Assembly (NCBI GenBank): GCA_039028615.1
Contig: JBCCHT010000005.1
Span: 96,001 to 160,000, forward strand
Direction of reading: 5' to 3'
Length of the DNA: 64,000 bases
Origin: Myxococcota bacterium
GTDB taxonomy: Bacteria; Myxococcota_A; Polyangia; Nannocystales; Nannocystaceae
Shown: in pieces, positions 59,310 to 64,000 of the stretch
Position numbering within the stretch: position 1 is the first letter of the stretch
Layout: every line of letters begins with the position of its first letter
Program-made: the position numbers and the translations under genes
The notes under the pieces: generated by a model
What the model saw: the letters and a program-made list of their open reading frames with translations, nothing else
What the model was told of the DNA's origin: nothing
Database searches by the model: none

Positions 59310-60344
59310 ATGCTCTTCCATCGCCAGGGTCCCGGCCGTGGCTACGAGCGCCTGATCGTCCTCCAGCGCGAGGACCTCGGGCTCCGGGCCATCATCGCGA
59401 TTCACTCCACGCGCCGCGGCCCCGGCTTCGGCGGCATCCGACGGATGCGGTACGACACCGAGGGGGCGGCCCTCGACGATGCGCTCGAGCTGGCCGAGGC
59501 CATGAGCTACAAGTGCGCGCTGGCGGGGCTTTCGGCCGGCGGCGCCAAGACGGTCATGCTGCGGCCGGACGACGCTGCGTCGTTTCGGTCCGAGGCGGCC
59601 TACGAAGCCTTGGGCGAGGCGATTGCGGCGCTGCATGGGGCGTATGTCTGCGGCCCCGATCTCGGCACGGGCGTCGAGCAGCTCGCCGCGGTGCGGCGGC
59701 GCTGCTCCCACGTGAACCCGGAGGGCAACGACGCGGGGATTTCCACCGCTGCCGGAGTGCACGCCGGTTTGCGGGCGGTCTGGGCGGCGCTCGGGTGTTC
59801 GTCGGCCGATCCACGCACGGTCGCAATCCAGGGCCTCGGCTCGGTCGGCCACGCCCTGGCGCGAGCGCTGGTGGCCGAGGGGATCCAGGTGGTGGGGGCC
59901 GACCCCGATGACGCCGCCTGCCGGGAGGCGGCGGCGCTGGGCGTTCGCATCGTCGATCCCGATGCGCTGCTGCAGGAGCCCTGCGACGTGGTGAGCCCTT
60001 GCGCGACCGGGCACGGGCTCACCGAGGCCACCATCGCGGGCCTTCGTTGCCGGGCGGTGTGTGGCTCGGCCAACAATCAACTCGCGACCCCGGCCGATGC
60101 CGATCGCTTGCACGCGCGCGGCATCGTGCACGCCCCCGACATCGTGGTGAGCGCGGGGGCGGTGATCGAGGGCGTGGTGACCGTGCAGGGGGGCACGAGC
60201 GCGGCGGTACGCCAGCAGGTCGACGACGCGATCGCGGGCATCGAGGGCACCGTGGGCGAGGTCTTGCGCGAGGCCGGGCGCCGCGGCGTGCCGCCGATCG
60301 CGGCGGCGCGGGACCTGGCCCGGCAGCGACTCGACGCGAGCTGA
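59310..60344 (+). CDS. Glu/Leu/Phe/Val dehydrogenase (leucine dehydrogenase-like)
   Basis: IIAIHST..GPGFGGIR, MSYKCA, GGAK, QGLGSVG, GSANNQL. Confidence 0.9.
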   Translation: MLFHRQGPGRGYERLIVLQREDLGLRAIIAIHSTRRGPGFGGIRRMRYDTEGAALDDALELAEAMSYKCALAGLSAGGAKTVMLRPDDAASFRSEAAYEALGEAIAALHGAYVCGPDLGTGVEQLAAVRRRCSHVNPEGNDAGISTAAGVHAGLRAVWAALGCSSADPRTVAIQGLGSVGHALARALVAEGIQVVGADPDDAACREAAALGVRIVDPDALLQEPCDVVSPCATGHGLTEATIAGLRCRAVCGSANNQLATPADADRLHARGIVHAPDIVVSAGAVIEGVVTVQGGTSAAVRQQVDDAIAGIEGTVGEVLREAGRRGVPPIAAARDLARQRLDAS

Positions 60345-60401
60345 TCGGGTGCGTCGCGGCCGTCGCTTGACCGGGGTAGGGCCCTTCGAGACGCTCCCCC
60401 C

Positions 60402-61700
60402 GTGCGACGTCGCGAGCTGCTGTTCGGAGCGGGGACTTGGGCTGCCTGGGGAACGATGGCGGGGTGTCGCCCGCAGCCGACGATGGGGCCGGACGCCGCG
60501 GTGCCTCCGCCGTGTGACGAGCGCCTGCCCGAGGTCGACGCGCGCTGGTCCGCGCTGGCGGGGTTCTGCGATGGCATCGCGGCCCCCGACGACGCGGAGC
60601 GTCGCTCCCATCGCACCCGCATGACCGAGGCGCTCGCCGCCGCGGGTCAGCGCGCGCTGGTGGTCGAGCCGGGCCCCACCATGCAGTTTCTCGCCGGAGT
60701 ACGTTGGGGTCGAAGCGAGCGTCCGTTCTTGCTCGTGCTTCCGCGGGAAGGCGAGGCGTTTTGGGTGGTGCCTGCGTTCGAGGAGCTTCGCGCCCGCGAG
60801 CAGCTCGGAGACGCCGACGTCAGCGCGTGGCAAGAGCACGAGAGCCCGTACGAAATCGTGGCCAAGCGCTTGGGCGGAGCGAGTGACCCGGTCGCGGTCG
60901 AGCCCCAGATGCGAGGCTTCATCGTCGAGGGCCTGCGGCAAGCGATGGGCGCGACCGCGGTCGTCGATGGCGCGGCGGTGGTGCACGGGGTTCGCATGCG
61001 CAAGCAACCGGCCGAGCTCGCACGCCTGCGTCGGGCCAACGAGGCCACCAAGGCCGCGCTGCGCCTGGTGGCGAGCGAAGTGGGCGGAGGCATTCGACAG
61101 TCCGAGCTGGCGGAGCTGATCCGCGCCGCCCAGAACGAGGCCGGTCTCGGCGACGTGTGGGTGCTGGCGCTGATCGGGCCCAATGCGGCCTTCCCCCACG
61201 GCACGGCCGAAGATCGGGCGCTCACCGAAGGCGACGTCGTGCTGGTCGACACGGGTGGCTCGCTGCACGGCTACCGCTCCGACATCACGCGGACCTGGGT
61301 CTACGGTACGCCCTCCGACGAGGTCCGCACCGCATGGGCGACGGTGGCCGAGGCCCAGCGTCGCGCGCTCGAGAAGATCGGGCCCGGGGTGCAGTGCGGT
61401 GAGGTCGACGCTCAGGCGCGTGCGGTCATCGAGGCGGCGGGGTTCGGCACGGGCTACGAGCGCTTCACCCATCGGCTCGGGCACGGCATCGGGCTCGAGG
61501 TTCACGAGCCGCCGTACTTGGTCCAGGCCTCGACCCAAGTGCTGGAGCCGGGCATGACGATGTCGAACGAGCCGGGCATCTACGTACCCGGCCAGTTCGG
61601 CATTCGAATCGAGGACATCGTGGCGGTGACCGAGACCGGAGCCGAGGTGTTCGGCCCCATGGTCGAGAGCATCGACCAGCCCTTTGGCGCGCAGCCCTGA
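60402..61700 (+). CDS. M24 Xaa-Pro peptidase with Tat lipoprotein signal
   Basis: RRRELL...MAGC; PHG, DTG..GYRSDITRT, HRLGHGIGLEVHE, EPGIY, GIRIED. Confidence 0.93.
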   Translation: MRRRELLFGAGTWAAWGTMAGCRPQPTMGPDAAVPPPCDERLPEVDARWSALAGFCDGIAAPDDAERRSHRTRMTEALAAAGQRALVVEPGPTMQFLAGVRWGRSERPFLLVLPREGEAFWVVPAFEELRAREQLGDADVSAWQEHESPYEIVAKRLGGASDPVAVEPQMRGFIVEGLRQAMGATAVVDGAAVVHGVRMRKQPAELARLRRANEATKAALRLVASEVGGGIRQSELAELIRAAQNEAGLGDVWVLALIGPNAAFPHGTAEDRALTEGDVVLVDTGGSLHGYRSDITRTWVYGTPSDEVRTAWATVAEAQRRALEKIGPGVQCGEVDAQARAVIEAAGFGTGYERFTHRLGHGIGLEVHEPPYLVQASTQVLEPGMTMSNEPGIYVPGQFGIRIEDIVAVTETGAEVFGPMVESIDQPFGAQP

Positions 61701-61703
61701 GCT

Positions 61704-62978
61704 CTAGGGCCCCATCGGGCCCATGCAGCCGCCGCACGCGTTGGTGGCCTGGTCCACGCAGGGTCCGTCCCACTCGTTCTCGCAGCAGAACGCGTCCATG
61801 CCGCACACGCAGCTTTGGATCTCGGGCACGTTGCAGCCCACCCCGGGGTGCTCGGAGCAGCAGTCCTCGGTACCCGGGTCGTAGCAGCTGTAGCCGCACT
61901 CGACCTGCGCCGCTTCCACGCAGCCGGGGCCCCAGCCCATGCCGCAGCAGCCCGGGTTGGTCATGCACACGCAGGTCTCGAGCTCTTCGTTGCCGCAGCC
62001 GGGGCCCGGGTTCGGGCTGCAGCAGGGGTCGGGCGGCACCCAGTCCGGGCACTCGGCCCCGCACTCCGCGACGCCGATGCCGATGCAGTCGTCGTCCCAG
62101 GGGAACAGGCAGCAGAAGTTGTTCTCGTCGCAGACGCAGTCGTTGATCTCGGGGATGTCGCAGCCGGGAGCGTCGTGCTCGGCACAGCAGTCTCCGCCTG
62201 GCGGAGGCAGGCCGCAGTCGTTGCCGCACTCGTACTGGGCCTCGGCCGCACAGATGCCGTCCCACTCGTCGGTGCAGCAGTAGGCATCGACGGCGCACAC
62301 GCAGTCCTGCACGGTCATGTCATCGCAGCCGGGCGAGCCGTTGCCCGCACAGCAGTCCCCGCCCGTCGGCGGCGGCGGCCCATCGTCGCCTCCGCCTTCG
62401 CAGGTCAGGCCGCACTCCGCCACCGCCACGCCGATGCACTTTTCGTCCCACGAGGTTTCGCAGCAAAAGTCGTCGGCCTTGCACACGCAGGCCTCGAGCC
62501 GCGGATCGTCGGCGCAGCCCGGGGTCCGCGAGGCCTCGCAGCAGGCGGAGTCCTCACCGCCGGTCGTACCGGGATCGGTGGGATCGTCGGTCGTGGTGGC
62601 GGTACATCCACCGCAGCCTTCCGCGAGGTCGGCACAGGTCTGGTCCCATTCGAAGGCGCAGCAGAACGCCTCTTGATCACAAACACACGACGCGGTGTCC
62701 GGATCGTCGCAGCCGGCCCCGGGATGCGGGCTGCAGCAGTCGGCTCCGCTGCCCGTGTCGCCACCGGTCGCCGAGGTCTCGTCCGCCACGCCCGTGCCGG
62801 GAGCGGAGCTGTTCGATCCGCCGAGCGTGTCCGCTCCGACCCCCGTCGTCGTCGTGCCGGCCCCCGTGGAGCCGGTCTCGGTGACCTGGGTCGGGGTGTC
62901 GGCCGGGCATGCCGCCAGCGCAGGCGGAAGAAGTAGAAGTGTCAGTCGTGAATCGAAACGCCGGCGTGGCCTTGGCAT
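61704..62978 (-). CDS. Cys-rich repeat lipoprotein (six 10-Cys modules)
   Basis: ALAAC lipobox; Thr/Gly linker; repeats CCx6GCx7-8CVCx5CCx3Wx3Cx6-7CGx1-2C. Confidence 0.85.
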   Translation of the reverse strand: MPRPRRRFDSRLTLLLLPPALAACPADTPTQVTETGSTGAGTTTTGVGADTLGGSNSSAPGTGVADETSATGGDTGSGADCCSPHPGAGCDDPDTASCVCDQEAFCCAFEWDQTCADLAEGCGGCTATTTDDPTDPGTTGGEDSACCEASRTPGCADDPRLEACVCKADDFCCETSWDEKCIGVAVAECGLTCEGGGDDGPPPPTGGDCCAGNGSPGCDDMTVQDCVCAVDAYCCTDEWDGICAAEAQYECGNDCGLPPPGGDCCAEHDAPGCDIPEINDCVCDENNFCCLFPWDDDCIGIGVAECGAECPDWVPPDPCCSPNPGPGCGNEELETCVCMTNPGCCGMGWGPGCVEAAQVECGYSCYDPGTEDCCSEHPGVGCNVPEIQSCVCGMDAFCCENEWDGPCVDQATNACGGCMGPMGP

Positions 62979-63096
62979 GGTGGTGCATCCAAACCGCGCC
63001 CGTACGCCACCCACGTTCCCCCGCGCATGGACGGCCGCGTAGGCCAAGAATAAGCCACGCAGCCGGTTTTCGGGGTGGGGGTCTGACCCTTTTGCA

Positions 63097-63246
63097 CTAC
63101 GCGCGGCTCTGGGCGCGGCGTGGCTTGAGAATCATCCACGCGACCAGCCCACAGACGGCGAACAACGCTGTCGCAGCCGCGGCCACCACCGCGAGGGTCA
63201 CGACCCCTCGGGGGAAGACGGCGAGTCGCTGCAGTGCGGCGTTCAT
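63097..63246 (-). CDS. Small single-TM protein (49 aa, below the ORF-track cutoff)
   Basis: MNAALQRLAVFPRGVVTLAVVAAAATALFAVCGLVAWMILKPRRAQSRA; 40 of 48 post-start codons end in G/C; alternative ATG at 63255. Confidence 0.5.
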   Translation of the reverse strand: MNAALQRLAVFPRGVVTLAVVAAAATALFAVCGLVAWMILKPRRAQSRA

Positions 63247-63312
63247 CGTCCCCATAGACGAGGCGCCGACGGGTTTGTTGCAGGGGAAGGTCGGGAAAAA
63301 GCGGCCGAAGAC

Positions 63313-64000
63313 CTACAGCCAAACGCGGAGTCCGAAGGTGGGGCCTCCCAGCCCCACTTTGCCGACCTGCATGTGCTCGTAGCCGCCGAAAATCTCGAGG
63401 CGAGACACCATCACCCCCAGCGTGGCGCGGCCGCGACCGACCCATGCCTTGTACAAGCGCCCCGCATCCACGCGACCCGACAACACGATCGGCCAGGCGG
63501 GGAACAGATCGAGGCTGCCGGTCACATTCCAGCCCAAGGCGTACTCGCGGGGGCCTTCCCCCGGGACGCGGCCGTCGATCATCGTGTTCACGCCGCCGCC
63601 CAAGCGGAGGATCGCTCGCTTGGTCTTGACGGGGATGAGGCTCAGGTTGGCGGTGCCGAGGTAGAGCGCATCGTCGGCGGGCAGCTCGACGTAGTACGAG
63701 AGATCTCCATCGAGGCTGATGCGTCGGCCGTCGTAGCGCAGGCCGCCCGCACCTCGCCACAGGTCTTTGCCCTGCACGGCACCCTCGGCCCACACCATGC
63801 CGGACCGGGGCCGGGTGGGCTCTTCGAGCTCGTCGGCCTCGTCTTCGTCGATGGGCTCGCTGAGGTAGGTGCGCGCGCCGTGGGCGTAGGGGTATTGGCG
63901 ATACTCGAGCTCGGCCCAGCCACCTCCGCTGGCGCCGAAGGCCACGCCGCCTCCGCCCCCTCCACCAAAGCTGTAGCCGTCGTCGTCGCTGCTCCAGTCG
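63313..64000 (-). CDS. Probable outer-membrane beta-barrel protein (5' partial)
   Basis: Frame open to the window edge; about 8 amphipathic strands, ending GPTFGLRVWL. Confidence 0.7.
   Translation of the reverse strand, partial: DWSSDDDGYSFGGGGGGGVAFGASGGGWAELEYRQYPYAHGARTYLSEPIDEDEADELEEPTRPRSGMVWAEGAVQGKDLWRGAGGLRYDGRRISLDGDLSYYVELPADDALYLGTANLSLIPVKTKRAILRLGGGVNTMIDGRVPGEGPREYALGWNVTGSLDLFPAWPIVLSGRVDAGRLYKAWVGRGRATLGVMVSRLEIFGGYEHMQVGKVGLGGPTFGLRVWL

Overview
GC-rich bacterial chromosomal window with a myxobacterial gene repertoire (Ser/Thr kinases, Cys-rich lipoproteins, split DUF4331, MoxR/VWA operon); the taxon is inferred, probably Nannocystaceae-like. It holds about 48 genes: housekeeping (tsaE, ald, mfd, PBP1A, TrmH-type methylase, tRNA-Pro), a two-permease RND efflux operon, several peptidases, an orphan P450 and an orphan Rv1355c-type ThiF/nitroreductase fusion. 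No integrase, transposase or CRISPR array is visible. Two signals stand out. (1) ORFs 452-694 and 98-427 are one in-frame AhpD/CMD-family gene interrupted by TGA exactly at the second Cys of CxxC (C-E-Y-TGA), followed by a SECIS-like hairpin, so it is probably a selenoprotein, and it is coupled to a Cys-less AhpD-like partner. (2) A 64-aa stand-alone bacterial histone at 12394-12588. Start codons were trimmed by eye from the ORF track; family names come from motif recognition, not database searches.
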